Positions 25,040 through 40,054 of a stretch of DNA of 64,000 nt are shown here, piece after piece. The position numbers were made by a program, and so were the translations under genes. The DNA comes from Octopus vulgaris. Lineage: Eukaryota. The notes under the pieces were generated by a model. The model was not told where the DNA came from and did not search any database. It was given only the letters and a program-made list of their open reading frames with translations. Each line of letters starts with the position of its first letter. Position 1 is the stretch's first letter. Where the stretch lies: assembly GCA_951406725.2 (NCBI GenBank), contig OX597825.1, forward strand, positions 7,254,001-7,318,000, given 5' to 3'.

Positions 25040-26082
25040 GTTCAGACATATTCTATTTCTAAATCATTTTCATGAAAGTGTTTCACTTCTGTACTAGAAG
25101 CTAACAAAGCACACAACAATTAAACAATGCTTCCACTGCTTACAACACACAACACAACCAATGTACCTTTATAGAACACATTGAACTGAACTGGTTACAA
25201 CCATGTATCTATGTCCAACACATTCGACTGAACCATTTGACAATGGTAATTCTTGGGCATGGACATAAATAAACAACAATAAAACGATATGAACCTCCAA
25301 GCATTCTGTTGAAAGTCTAAAAGTCTAAAAGTCTGCTCGTGTATCCAGTTGCAAATCTCATATATTCACAAACGCATTTAATGCGGAGATTTTTCCTCGC
25401 ATCATTTTTGAAGTTAACAAGTCATGCAAAGTACAATGGTTATATAATTAATATTCCAAAGCAAGCAGCCTCTAGTGGTGCTGGCAAGACATTTCGAATA
25501 CATTATTGGGATAGCTTATCTAAATTTTTGTTTGATTACACTTGCATGCACACACACACACACACACATGAACATTCACACAAACACAAGCATACTTGCT
25601 CATAGAAACACATATATATACAATACACACACACACACACACACGCACATATATATATATATATTTATTCATTTTCTGATAATAAAAATTTCTCTGTAAG
25701 TTACATATTTTCCATTTACAAATCTTATATCTTCTTTTTCATTAAATTGAGTTCCATCAAATATTTGATATATTTCTGAAATAACTTTAGAACCACTAGG
25801 GTACAGCATGAAGATATTTCAAAGCTTCTACGATGTAAGCACGATTCATAAATGCTAGAAAATATATATAAAAACAACAAAAACAAAAAAACAAAAACAA
25901 AACAAAGAAAAGGCAAATTCTTGAACATCTATCCATTATAAAGTGGTTTTCCTGCTTATTTTTTTGTTTCATTCTCTTCCAGCTGATTTAATCAATATAA
26001 AATTTCCTTTCCTTTTCTCTGTCAATAGAGTCAACTGGGTTTTAGTTTCAGATCAAAAACTAGAATGCATGATATCCGCACT

Positions 26083-26365
<283 letters not shown>

Positions 26366-26782
26366 TGTAAAGTGTTAGTGTGCATGCATATACAAAAATG
26401 AGGATATCATCCCTGTTGCTCTCGGTTGAAATCAAAGTATGGTAATCTCTGTTGGTAGAGAAAATGAAATGCTACAATAGAAGTAATATTTTATGGTTGA
26501 TTGCTTCTCCATGACAAATATTTAATTTTTTGGAGGGACCCATAAGAGAACACAACAAAAATGTGGAGCGAAAGATACAGAGGCATCCATAAACATATAA
26601 ATTCTATCACTTTTTGTCGCTTATATTGAAGTAATATAAAAGGTAAAGGTCACTTCAGTGGATCTGATGGACGAAATACTGCTAAGCATTTTGCCAGGCG
26701 TTCTAATGGTTCTGCCAGCTCTCTGCCTTATTGTTACTGTGGATCCTGAGTGCTTGTGTGTGTGTGTATTGGGAAATGTACA

Positions 26783-26925
26783 GAATAGAATAAGTACTAG
26801 AATAAGCACTGGGCTTACAAGGAATAAGTCCTGGGATCGATTTGCTCGACTGGGGGGGGGGGTGCTCCAGCATGGCCACAGTCGGGTGACTGAAACGGGT
26901 AAAAGAGTAAAAGAGTATAAAAGAG
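26783..26925 (+). mobile_element. SINE family A 3' fragment
   Basis: ATAGAATAAGTACTAG...GGTGCTCCAGCATGGCCACAGTC...GTAAAAGAGTAAAAGAG. Confidence 0.8.
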
Positions 26926-27759
26926 TTTTTAATATGAGCATGACTTGACCTTATGCGAGAAAGATGAAGGATTAAAAGCAAAACCCTTTTTTAGCTGTTT
27001 ATTCAAATATTTGAGAAGTAATTAAAAGAAGCCGTTATAACGGCACCATTTTCGCAGTGAGAACTAACAATGTATTATCCTCCACTCTCCAAAAGAATAT
27101 TGATTGGTGCCAGGTCAGAAAATTGCTTGACCACACAATAACCGATTTTGGTGTTTTGTACAAAGGATTTGATTTATCACCAATAAAATGTAATATCGGT
27201 GTTCAAGTTAAAAGTCATTTAACTCACAAAGAATCACCTTTGAGCAGACTAAATCAGGTCAGATGATCTTACAGCCTCTTGAAGAGATTATTTGAATATT
27301 GGGCATAATAATAATAAAAGAAAAAAAAACTTAGTTGTCAGGATTCTTCTTCTCCTTCATCTTCTTGTTTTTTTTTTTCTTCTTTATTCTGAAGAATGGT
27401 CAGCCATAAGAAATTCAGATTTGATTTAATGAAGTATTTAAATAAATTCTTAGAATATTAGACTTGGCAGAGTCAAGATGCATTTGAAAGAGTTGGTAAA
27501 ACACTCACCATTGTTGTACACTAACATGAAAAAAAAAAAAAAAACCATATACAAATCCTTGATGATGTTAGTGGTACATATGTTAGAAGTGAATTTATCC
27601 AGTAACTCTTAACTGACCAGAAACTGACCTGCAACTGTTCACTGAATTTATACCGAAGTTGCTCTTTCTTTTTCCATCGTAAGTTTTTGTAAAAACTAGT
27701 TCCTGAATTATTTTCCAAATATGGAAATTGTCGAATCAATAGAAATTGTAGTTGTGATA

Positions 27760-28080
27760 CCAGTGCCGGTGGCACGTAAAAGAACCATCCGAACGTGGCC
27801 ATTGCCAGCGCCGCCTCGACTGGCCTCCATGCTGGTGGCATGTAAAAAGCACCAACTGATTGTGACCATTGCCAGCCTCGCCTGGCATCTGTGCTGGTGG
27901 CATGTAGAAAAGCACCCACTATACTCTCGGAGTGGTTGGCGTTAGGAAGGGCATCAAGCTGTAGAAACACTGCCAGATCAGACTGGGCCTGGTGCAGCCT
28001 CCTGACTTTCCAGACCCCGGTCGAACCGTCCAACCCATGCTAGCATGGAAAGCGGACATTAAACGATGATGATGTTGATG
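27760..28080 (+). mobile_element. SINE family C with three internal subrepeats
   Basis: GGTGGCA(C/T)GTA.AAAG.ACC x3, followed by the conserved tail and (GAT)n. Confidence 0.88.
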
Positions 28081-28179
28081 AAGCTCTCCAAAATTCTTGA
28101 TTGTCTAAAAAAATAAACTGAAGTATTTGGACACTTTATTTCATTAGAGATATCACTAAAAGTTTAATTATTACTCTGT

Positions 28180-28579
28180 TTTTTTACTTGTTTCAGTCAT
28201 TTGACTGCAGCCATGCTGGAGTACCACCTTTAGTTGAGAAAATCGACCCCAGGACTTATTCTCTGTAAGCCTAGTAATTATTCTATCGGTCTCGTTTATC
28301 GAACCACTAAGTTACGAGGATGTAAACACACCAGCACTGGTTGTCAAGCAATGTTGCGGGGGGGGGGGGGGGGGCACACACACACACACATACACATATA
28401 TATATACATGTACATATATACAATGGGCTTCTTTCAGTTTCTGTCTACCAAATCCACTTACAAGGCTTTGGTCAGCCTGTGGCTATAGCAGAAGACACTT
28501 GCCCAAAGTGCCATGCAGTGGGACAGAACCCAGAGCCATGTGGTTGGTAAGCAAGCTACTTACCACACAGCCACTCCTG
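28180..28579 (-). mobile_element. SINE family A, full length
   Basis: Colinear with 6520-6941. Confidence 0.9.
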
Positions 28580-29552
28580 AAAATATTTTTGAAATTACTT
28601 ACTCTATCGTTTTAGAATTATAAAGTTCATTCTAAAATTATCAAATGTGGTGTTGGTGATTTGTTTCTGGTCAAGCTACATCCTCAGTACCTGTTCATAA
28701 GCCTTGAGAGAGGGATGTTACCACTGGAGGCACGACCAGGTTTTGAGGGTCATAACAGACACCATCTAGAAACCCTAATGATCCCAGGAGGCAGAAGTTG
28801 CTCAAGGTAGCTGTAGAGCAGGAGGTTCAAGCCCTGTCAGGGGCAGTGCTATGGTGAGTTAGCACTAACTGGACCCCAGATGGAGCTTGACCAACCTTGA
28901 CTCGACCACTAGGTTGAGGGTATCCAACTGAGGTTGAAAGACTGGAAACCCCTAACGATCTCTTGAAACATCACTAATTATGGGACCCAGGTGCATCACA
29001 GGATGATGTATGGAAAAAAGTGATTGTAAAAGTGTTATAGAATCTTGTCATTAGTAATGTAAAAGAATCATAATAATAACATTTTGCAATTTATTCTGAT
29101 GTAAACCATTTAATTTTTGGTCAATTAAAACTCCGGGCCAGGTGGAGGTAATTCTCTTGTTCCATAATTTCATTAGATTAAAAACTATTCTCCGCTCATT
29201 ACAACAATTGCTGATGTCTGCACTTGATTATGTGTTCTTCTTGCAGAAGGCACCCTTGGGAAATATTCTCTCTACTCAAAACCAGACGCCAGTGGTCTTT
29301 ATTAGATAAAATTCCAAAGAAAAAAACTTCTACAGTTCAAGCAATTCTAAATTTGGTATATGTGAAAATGTAAAGCACAATTACCAGATGGCAATAATTT
29401 GTCAGCTTCTGTTTGTAAGAAGATGGAATGTAAAACGGTGAGATTAAAAAGTACATTTGAAAGATTCTTCAGTTTTTTTTTTCATTTAGCACTCAAATAT
29501 GTTTAAATACATCAACAGGTGCAATCATTAGTGTACATATTTGTGCATAGAT

Positions 29553-29564
29553 GATGTATGTATG

Positions 29565-29595
<31 letters not shown>

Positions 29596-29640
29596 GTATG
29601 TATGTATGTGTATGTATGTATACATGTATGTAAGTATATG

Positions 29641-29687
<47 letters not shown>

Positions 29688-29970
29688 GTATGTATATATA
29701 TGTATGTATACATGTATGTATAAATATATGTATGTATATATGTATGTATACATGTATGTATGTATGAATGTATGTATATATATATGCATGTATGTATGTA
29801 TGTATGTATGTATATGTATGTATGCATGTCTGTATGTATACATGAATGTCTGTATATGTGTATTTATGCATGTGTATATGTATGTATGTTTGTATGTACT
29901 CATGTATATATGTATGTATATATATATATGTATGTATACATGTATGTATATGTATGTAGATGAATGTATG

Positions 29971-30002
<32 letters not shown>

Positions 30003-30068
30003 TGTATGTATGTATGTATGTATGTATGTATGTATGTATGTATGTATGTGTGTATATGTGTGTATATG
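29553..30068. repeat. (TATG)n/(TA)n microsatellite
   Basis: Seen directly. Confidence 0.95.
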
Positions 30069-30371
30069 TTCATAAACAAGTGCTTAAGCCATGTTAGTAT
30101 AATCACAAAATAGAAGAACAATCTTGTTAAGCAAATATGATGACAAAAGTAGAACAAAACAGAAATGATTTAATTGTGAAAGTGAAAGTAAGAAGCTGTC
30201 ACATGGCGTAAAGAGATCTTTTAACCATTTAACAATCATTGTTATATGCACTTTTGGTTTATTTATTGTTTTTCGTTTCTGTCAAAAGCTTTTTTTGTTC
30301 ACTTCTTTGACCTGGCCCAGGATTCAATTTCATTTGGAAATAACAGTATTTTTAACTTTACATATTATTAC

Positions 30372-30567
30372 CATCATCATCATCATCATCATCATCAATG
30401 TCATCATCGTCGTCATCATCATTGTCGTTGTCATCATCATCATCATCATCGTTGTCATTGTCATTTTCATGATCATCATCGTCATCATCATCATCGTCAT
30501 CATCATCATATTCATTTTTATCATTGCCATCATTGTCATCATCATTATCATCATCATCATCATTGTC
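30372..30567. repeat. (CAT)n microsatellite
   Basis: Seen directly. Confidence 0.95.
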
Positions 30568-30687
30568 AACCATACAATCGGTCAGTCAATTTATACAAGA
30601 AAGACAACAAAATTTTGATTTCATGTTGGAAGAAATAAAATGAGGGTCCAATGTATTACTTGGGCTTACTTATTCCTGATTCGTGAC

Positions 30688-31027
30688 CACTGGTTCTCAA
30701 CCAGGGTCCATATAACATTTTGTGGGGTCCACATAACATAATAATAAATTAGGGATCCACATGATATCTTAAGGGCCTCTGAAAAAAATGTTGCTTTAGA
30801 TATATGCATTGGGATGTGTTACAAGAAACAGTTTTTTTCCCTCTAATATTTCACATAATCCAACCAACACAAGTTGATGTGTGAAAAACAAAATAGAAAT
30901 TTCGAAAGAAGTTTCTAGAAACCAGTTTTTAGATATTAAATGGCTATGGGGGGCGGGGTCCACCAGAATAAAATAGTAATCAAAGGGGCACACAGAGAAA
31001 AAAAAAATCGGTTGAGAAGAACCCTTG
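30688..31027 (+). mobile_element. hAT-like MITE
   Basis: TIR-like CACTGGTTCTCAACC ... GGTTGAGAA and subterminal GGGGTCCA motifs. Relatives at 17.4-17.75 kb and 50.38-50.62 kb. Confidence 0.7.
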
Positions 31028-32464
31028 TTCCAGACTGATAAAGAGTAAACACTGAGTGATGATAAAACTTAGAAAAAGAATATTGAATAAAGTTCTTCAT
31101 GAGGAATTCTTCAGAGGTTGCCATCTCCACCTCTGTTGGACCAATACACGTATGGATAAACAAATTCAGAAGCTGGTTCTCTTCTTTTTGCTTTTAGGTT
31201 TGCTGTCTCCTTCAGAATTACAATATATCACAAGCAATTATAAGCTTTCTAAAAAGCCTTATTATGGACATTTCTAGCTTATTTATGTTTTTATTTATGT
31301 TTTTATTTATTTTCATTGTTATTTATTTTTATTATTATTAAAAATACAACAACAGCAACAACAACTAAAAAAAGAACAGAAAAATATACTTAGGTGTTCA
31401 GGTTTATGCATAGAATTATAAAAGAATGAGTCTGAAAAATAAATAGTATAGATTGATATTTTATATATTTCTATACAGATGTATTTTTTCCTTTCTAGGA
31501 GGGAAAAAAAATTATATTTATAGTAAGTTGCTAATGGAAGAATACGTGACATCACATAGATAATATTTCAGACTACAAGTACGTATAATGATATGCAGAT
31601 GTGCTTGTATACAAGATCTTACAATTAAGATAAAGATGTACCTATACAATAATGCACAGATGAGTGTGTGAGTGTGTGAGTGTGTGTGTGTGTGTGTGTG
31701 TGTAAACACACATGTATATTCCTGTATATCTACTGCTTTGATATACATATATCATGTGTGTACATGTATGGTATGTGTATTTGTAGAGAAATGTATGCGT
31801 AAGTTTATATATGTATTTATGCATATATGTATAAATACATATATATATGTATAGATACATGTATTTATAAATACATATATATATGTATAAATACATATAT
31901 ATATATGTATAAATACATGTATGTATAAATACATATATATATATGTATAAATACATATATGTATAAATACATATATATATATGTATAAATACATATATAT
32001 ATATATAAATACATATATATGTACGATGTATGTATGATGTACATTATACATGTATATGCATGATGTGTATTATACAGATATATCTATGATGTATGTATAT
32101 TATAGATATATGTGTATGGTGTACATGTGTATGGTGGAAATGTATGTACATGTGTGCTGTGTATGTTGTCATTTGGAATAACCAAAATTCGTACAAGCAC
32201 AGACAATAGTTATGTTGGTAAACTCTTTCAAAACAAATACACAGAAAATAACTATGGATTCTTGGAGTTGATAAATTGCCAGGAATCAGCCAGTTACCAA
32301 ATTCATTGTTCATTCGTTATTTTGCCAAGATTTGATAAAAACTTTTAATGATTTGAAAGTTCTTTATTTAGAAAATCATTATTGAAAAGGCAGAGTTCTC
32401 ATCTCAAAGAATCATCTTTTTTATTTCTCCAAGGGTCACTCAAACAAATGCCCAATAATGTCAT

Positions 32465-32730
32465 GGTTTTGACCAAACTATTGGATGTTGTTATACATCG
32501 CTGGTCACAATGCGATTTGTATTGTTTTAGCTTTTGAACAATGCTATCCTGCTGGATAGGTGAGCAGGCCAACATTTACCCTGCTCAGAAGACTAATTTG
32601 GCTACACAGTTTCCCATTCAAGACAGAGTGTTTTGCTCCAGAAGATAATGTATTGCCTCAGCTGGGAATTGAAACCGCAATCTAGTGATCCTGAGTGCAA
32701 TACCTTAACCACTAAGCCATGCAACTTCAC
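32465..32730 (-). mobile_element. tRNA-derived SINE (family D-related head), diverged
   Basis: Minus strand GCATGGCTTAGTGGTTAAGGTATTGCACTC...GCGGTTTCAATTCCCAG. Confidence 0.7.
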
Positions 32731-32784
32731 TAATAATATACAAGAAAATGACTTACACAAGTCATTCTGTTTGCTAAATAGACT

Positions 32785-33005
32785 CGTGTGTCTGTGTGTC
32801 CCACCACTGCTTGACAACCTGTGTTGGTGTGTTTATGTCCCCTGTAACTTAGCGCTTTGGCAAAAGAAGCTGATAAGATAAATACTAGGCTGCCAAAAAA
32901 ATAATAAGTCCTGGGGTCGATTTGTTCAGCAAAAAAAACTCTTGAAAGCTGTGCTCCAGCATGGCCACAGTCAAACGATTAGAACAAATAAAAAACAAAA
33001 GATAA
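32785..33005 (+). mobile_element. SINE family A 3' half, diverged
   Basis: GCTTGACAACC...TAACTTAGCG...GCTCCAGCATGGCCACAGTCAA. Confidence 0.8.
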
Positions 33006-33393
33006 AACAATACAAAAACGCATGTTCAGATAAACAACAACAACAACAACGGCAGCAGCAGCAGCAGAAGCAGCAGTAGCAGCAACTGCAGTCATCAGTA
33101 CATACCAATAAATAGTTATATAAATAGACTTTTTGAATCACATTGATAGATGGAAGCAGAATGGTTGCTGGCTCAGAAAATGGGATTTTTGGAATGAGTG
33201 AAAAGGTTCTTAATATGATTGGAAGAAAAAGAAAAAACAAAAGACAAAAAAAAACCCGATGAACTTTGGAATTGGTTCACTGTAAGGAAATATCTTTTTA
33301 ACATTTTAAAAGTATGGCAAAAATCCATAAGCTATTTTATATTGTAACCCCTTCTAATCTCAGCTGTGGTGATTTGCTCTGTCTATTTAATTG

Positions 33394-33406
33394 CCTATCT
33401 ATCTGC

Positions 33407-33480
<74 letters not shown>

Positions 33481-33525
33481 GTCTATCTGCCTTTCTATCT
33501 ATCTATCTATCTGTCTATCTGCCTT

Positions 33526-33581
<56 letters not shown>

Positions 33582-33629
33582 CCTATCTATCTGCCTGTCT
33601 ATCTATCTATCTACCTATCTATCTGCCTG

Positions 33630-33716
<87 letters not shown>

Positions 33717-33785
33717 GCCTATCTATCTGCCTATCTATCTGCTTGCCTGTCTGCCTGTCTGCCTGCCTGCCTGTCTATCTGTCTT
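33394..33785. repeat. (CTAT)n/(CTGC)n tetranucleotide microsatellite
   Basis: Seen directly. Confidence 0.95.
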
Positions 33786-33912
33786 TATCTGTCTCTCCCT
33801 CTATCCATCTGTGTCTCTCCCTCTATCCATCTGTGTCTCGCTATCTCTCAATATAACTATATCTGTCTCTCTATCTCTTTCTGTGTCTGTTGGTCTATCT
33901 GCCTCTGCCCCT

Positions 33913-33957
<45 letters not shown>

Positions 33958-34668
33958 TACTACCCGTTCATCTATCACTGTCTCTCTCTCTGTCTCTGTT
34001 TCTCTATATTTATTTATTCGTTATTGATTTCGTTAGCACTGCTAACACTTCTCACTGGTGAAGTACTCATTATTCTGTTTTCGCTATAAAAACCTGAAGG
34101 AAATCAACAAAATTTATTGCAAAAATATTGGTATGGAAGCAGTGTAATGCTTAACTTTCATCTTCACACAATATCGGCCAGACATTTGTCAACTTAATGA
34201 ATTGACTGTCATCGGCAAACACTAAAAGAATTCTGATTAAACTTACTGAATATCAAGTGAAAAGAAAGAATAAATATTTAATATATTAACCCATCTCTGT
34301 TTTACCATTTTTACATGCTATGTAATCTCCAATCACTTAAAACTCATAAATAACGTCATTCACCAACCACCACATGTCTTCGCAAGATATTTCTTGCTTT
34401 CACACTTAGCTGTTCTCTTTCTTGTATTGTCCTTTCAAACACTTCTCCTCGTCTCTTACCTTGGTTTTACGATTAATGCATAAACCATCTCCGTCATTTA
34501 CTCTTTGTCTTTCTCTTTCACTCTCTTGCTTAAATAATCGTCCAGGTTTTTTACAGCTGCTCTGCAATTGATCAATTGAGCGGCAAGAAATATTGGTGAA
34601 GTTTTCTCAGAATCACACCCTTCTGTCTTAGAAAAAGAAGAAGGACCTGTTTGACATTGCCCAAGATA

Positions 34669-34793
34669 TCCTTTTTTGCTACAGGCTCAAGACCCGAAAT
34701 TTGGTGGAGGGACAAGTTGATTATATTGACCCCAATACATAGCTGGTACTTATTTCAACTCTGAAAAAATCAAAGGCAAAGTTGACCTCGGTG
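34669..34793 (-). mobile_element. 5'-truncated SINE family B with perfect 16-bp TSD
   Basis: GACATTGCCCAAGATA at 34653-34668 and 34794-34809. Confidence 0.85.
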
Positions 34794-34850
34794 GACATTG
34801 CCCAAGATACAAAAAACAGGATTATCACCAATGAAATATGTTCAACTATA

Positions 34851-35106
34851 GGCATGGCAGTGGCTGTGTGGTAAGTAGCTTGCTTACGAACCACATGGTT
34901 CCAGGTTCAGTTCCACTGCATGGCACCTTGGGCAAGTGTCTTCTACTATAGCCTCATAGCTGACCAAAGCCTTGTGAGTGGATTTGGTAGATGGAAACTG
35001 AAAGAAGCCCATCGTATATATGTGTATATGTATATATATATGTGTATGTTTGTGTGTCTGTGTTTGTCACCCCAAGATCGCTTGGCAAGCGATGCTGGTG
35101 TGTTTA
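34851..35106 (+). mobile_element. SINE family A, 5' part
   Basis: GTGGCTGTGTGGTAAGTAGCTTGCTTAC...GGCACCTTGGGCAAGTGTCTTCTACTATAGCC. Confidence 0.88.
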
Positions 35107-37742
35107 CCACAGGAAAGAAAACACGGAGGCAAATGACCAGATTTCAAGTAAGAATATAATAGATTTAATCCGACATTCTGTTATCTTGACTCCTTCACTG
35201 CCCTGATAAAGGATTAAGGTGGCTTACACTAAATACTGTTATAAATTTATAGGAAAGGGTTTTATGTGACTACCAGAGTATATAACTAAAATTTATTGAC
35301 CTGGGAAGGATGAAAGGTAAGCTCTTAATTAGCAGAATTTGAACTCAGATGGCAAACCAAACATTGTTGTAAGGTATTTTGATAAGATTTTCAGGAAAGT
35401 GGAACCATGTTGAGTTGCAACTGTGACAAATTTGATTCTAAATCGAAGTCCTTTATTGCGTTTGTGTTGTTTGGAAACACTTGAATATCACAGACCTTAA
35501 TTTTCCTTTCCTTAATGTCAGCAAGTTTTGTCATCCATTAATGAAAAGTAACAACTACTCAAAGAATGGTCTGTATTTAACACGTTGATAATTACAGGGA
35601 TTCAATTACACAGCTTTATTCTATCACATTGATAAGTACATTGATTGGATTGCATTCAGATCAGGGATTTTGCAACGATTCCGTCTGCTTTAAAGGCGTA
35701 AACAGCTTTAAGGAAATGATAATGCTTTTAGCAATTGAAGTAATGAAAATATTTATTGACTTCACAAAAGGATGGAAGCTGCCAAATTCTTTGTATCAAA
35801 ACTCCTACTAATCTTAAGTGGATTTATTTATTTTGTAATGGTTTAATGGAAACGGTTTGTACTTCTCACTTGCAAAGTCTTCATTCATGTCAAAGAAAGA
35901 AACTATTTGCTTTCTATACCCCCACCAAACTCCATCCCCAACCCAAACCCAAACCCCAAATCTGCTATAAGTGGATCTAAAGTCCTAGTTTTGGCACCGA
36001 GTCAAGGTAAATAATTTAATGGAAACATCTTGGTCTGCAAATAGCACAATGCTTGACCCTTATCTTCTCCTATGTTGTTAAGACCAGCGTTTCTTAAATT
36101 GGGGAATAAAATTATTTTTGAGTAAATGAAACTGGTGATTGAAAGTATTTTGAGGGGAATGAAATTAGTGAATGAAAACATGATAGGTGAAGGACTTTAT
36201 TTATTCAGATATATACATTTTTTTCCTATACTTAAAAAGCCATTACCCTTAAAGAGGTTAATAATAATTTTACGGCAGTGGAATAAGAAATTAAAATTTT
36301 GGTTTGTTTTCTGCTCTGTCCAATTCCAAATTAAAAGGATATTTTCTGAATATAGTGTCTCTGTAATGTTTTAGAGGAGAAAAGACCAGCTTTTAGGATT
36401 GCAATAGACAACTGACGAAGAGTTAATTTACTTTGTATTGCTGACATAGCTATTTTTCTTCATCATCATCATCATCATTGTCATCATCATCATCACCATG
36501 CTCATCATTTAACATTCGTTTTCCATGCTGCATGGTGTGACAAGAGCTGGCAAGCTGCAGAGCTGCACCAGGCTCCAATTGTCAGTTTTGGCAGGGTTGC
36601 CATGGTTGGATGCCCTTCCCAATGCTATCCCCTTTACAGTGTTTACTGGGTGTTTTCACTGCACTTTAGTGCACCAGCACTCACATGCATTTCGATGCAG
36701 CCTAATTCAGAGGTAGGTGATGCGAGCTGAATTATTTGGTTGTAGATTAATACAGCATTGCAGAAACAGAGAAGAAAACAGCAGTCTTAGAGGTAAAAAG
36801 TACAGAAGGAAGTAGGTTAACTATGAAGAAGCAGAAGATGAGTGTTTAAGAGGTAACTTGTTTGTTTTGGGTAAGAAAGATTCTGAACATATTGAACCTA
36901 AAAATGCAGATTGACATGTCATGAATGATGACTGCTAAATTTGGTTAACAAATGCACACAAAAACACACATGCATATATGTGTGTATGCATGCATATAGT
37001 TAGATAACAATGTTCAAATATCACATGCACACACATTAAATATCTAAATACTCACACGTAAACACACATACACAAATATATATATATACATATATAAATA
37101 TCGAACTAAAACATATACATATAACCACACATATACACCCATTGTGTAAATATGTCCATGTGGATATCTATCCTAAAGCAAGTTCTAACCCCTTTATTAA
37201 GCCCAACTACACCGCTTAAAGTTGATATATATTTCACAAGGCTCTCATTCCCCAACATGGTTAAAGAAACAGCATGGATTCTTTATCTCTCCTCATGACT
37301 GACTGATTTCTATAGAACAACTAAGGAAACACCATATTTTCTATTTTTGTCATTTTGATTTTGTAATTTCAATTATGAAATTATCTTTCCGAGCAATATC
37401 ATACAACAGCCAACAAACATGCGTAGAATAAAAAGATCGCTTTTAGCTGCATGACATTCCTAAGTCTATGTTCCTTCCAAGAATGAACAATAATTCTTAA
37501 TTGTTTGCTGTTCTTTAAAGAATTTCTTTCATATTGCTTCAGCTAAAAAAATATGGTACCGTGTTTGAATTAAAATAATTTCCCTCTATTTTATTGGAAT
37601 TTAAAAATATTTTTATTATTTTTACTCCCCACTCCTTATTATAACTTATTGATATAATTTCATATAATTTCATACGATTTTAGTTATTCTGGTAAAAGAT
37701 AAATTTTAAACTGTTTTTAACAATAATTAATGACTTAAAAAT

Positions 37743-37782
<40 letters not shown>

Positions 37783-37942
37783 GAAATATAGGCATCAATA
37801 TTTTTGGTGTTACAAAATTATTGACATTAAATAAATATGTTAATAAATATTGATTTGAGATTTTGCCACAAGGTCATAATTTTGGCGGTAGAGGCTGGTA
37901 TTTATTCTATTAAATCTAAAAAGATGAAAGACAAAGTCGACA

Positions 37943-38348
37943 GGCAGAAGAGTGGCTGTGTGGTAAGTAGCTTGCTCACCAACTACATGGTTCCGGGTTC
38001 AGTTCCACTGCGTGGCACCTTGGGCAAGTGTCTACTACTATAGCCTCGGGCAGACCAAAGCCTTGTGAGTGAATTTGGTAGATGGAAACTGAAAGAAGCC
38101 TGTTGCATATATATATATATGTATATATGTGTGTGTATATATGTTTGTGTGGCTGTGTTTGTCCCCCCCAACATTGCTTGACAACCGATGCTGGTGTGTT
38201 TAGGTCCCCGTCACTTAGCGGTTTGGCAAAAGAGACCAGTAGAATAAGTACTAGGCTTACAAAGAATAAGGCCCGGGGTCGATTTGCTCGACTAAAAGCG
38301 GTGCTCCAACATGGCCACAGTCAAATGACTGAAACAAGTAAAAGAGTA
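37943..38348 (+). mobile_element. SINE family A, full length
   Basis: Head, CORE-like segment, (TA)n and tail GACTGAAACAAGTAAAAGAGT are all present. Confidence 0.92.
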
Positions 38349-38732
38349 ACAAATATTCAATGTTTTGGTATTTTAATAACTCTAATATATGCAAAAACTC
38401 TGTGTGTGTGTGTTTTTGTGTGTGTGCATGTTTGTGTCTGTGTGTCTGTGTGCGTATGTTTGTTTGTGCGCACGTATGTGCATGTGTGTGCGTACGTGTG
38501 TGTGTACATGTGAGTGTGTATATGTGTGTATATGTGTATGTATGTGTGTGTATGTGCGCGTGTGCATGTGTTTTTGTGTGTGTGCGCACGTGTGTGAACG
38601 TGTGTGCATGTGTGCGCACGTGTGTGTGTATGTGTGTGTGTGTATGTGTATGCTTATGTATGTGTGTGCATGTTTGTGTATGTGTGTGTGAGTATGTGTG
38701 TGTGTGTATGTGTGTATGTGTGTGTATGTGTA

Positions 38733-38769
<37 letters not shown>

Positions 38770-39169
38770 ATTTGATTTGGACGCTCTTCATGTTAAACAT
38801 CATTTAAGCTGTGGAAAAGTATTGACCAACGAATCGCTTGAAGCGGGACTGAAGCCATTTGATGAATTGGATATTTAAGTAAAAAGACACTCTAGTGAGA
38901 AAAAAACAAAAAAGCCAAAAATAAAAAAGCAAGCAAATGTTTATGATGAAGCTAATGATGTAGAGTTAATTACGAAAGATGATATGATGAGAATAATGAA
39001 AGTAACGAAAGATTATCTCCATAATGAAGCTGATAAAAGATTTGTCTGCGTCCATGACTTGAAGCCAAAATTCCGAGTCGTGTCAATTACCTAAGCTGTA
39101 CAAACCGTGGCCAGTTCTATAGAACTGATGTAGACTTTTTGGTGGTTATATAGAAACTCTTAGATTGGA

Positions 39170-39474
39170 AGAGGCTCTGAAAACTCGTCCAACCATCTGT
39201 ATACCTGATACTTGTAAGGTCCGGGCAAACACCCTTGCTCGGGCCTTGCACAAGTCCGGTTAAGGTTGTTTATGGAAGACCAGCAGTCGCCCATGCATAC
39301 CAGCCTCCTCTCTCCTTACCACCGATGTTGTCCAAGCGAAAGCCAAAGACTTGGCACCAGTGATGTCGCAACTAATTTCAACAGCTGTGTGAACTGGAGC
39401 AATGTGAAATAAAGTGTCTTGCTCAAGAACACAACACACAGCCCGGTCCAGGAATCGAACTCACTACATCATGA
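39170..39474 (-). mobile_element. SINE with family D head and a different 3' part
   Basis: Minus strand GAGTTCGATTCCTGGACCGGGCTGTGTGTTGTGTTCTTGAGCAAGACACTTTATTTCACATTGCTCCAG matches 5075-5140. Confidence 0.75.
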
Positions 39475-39684
39475 TTTACTACCCATAAGGGGCTAAACAC
39501 AGAGAGGACAAACAAGGACAGACAAACGGATTAAGTCGATTATATCGACCCCAGTGCGTAACTGGTACTTAATTTATCGACCCCGAAAGGACGAAAGACA
39601 AAGTCGACCTCGGTGGAATTTGAACTCAGAACGTAGCGGCAGATGAACGCCCGGCGTGCTAACGTTTCTGCCAGCTCGCCGCCT
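39475..39684 (-). mobile_element. SINE family B
   Basis: Head, core and GTCCTTGTTTGTCC-type tail. Confidence 0.9.
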
Positions 39685-39732
39685 TGAGCCCGACGCTCCA
39701 ACCACTGACCAAAGCACCTTCACACACACGCA

Positions 39733-39796
<64 letters not shown>

Positions 39797-39994
39797 CAAA
39801 CATACATACATACATACATACATACACATACATATGCATCCATATATAGATGTGTGTGTGTATGTTTAATCCATATATTTTGTCAGTTCCATGGTTAAAC
39901 ATTAAAATTATTGACACTCAAATTTCTGACTTGGTTTTTCTACATGGTCTGACCTCTTATATACTTCTTGTTCACAATACACACACACACACAC

Positions 39995-40054
<60 letters not shown>

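Noticed and set aside
27558-27628. C/D-box snoRNA-like TGATGA...CTGA
   Set aside because: The C box is imperfect, and there is no terminal stem or recognisable rRNA guide.
30246-30638. His-rich ORF (cf. squid beak His-rich proteins)
   Set aside because: It is a translated (CAT)n microsatellite lacking the Gly/Ala-rich repeats of those proteins.
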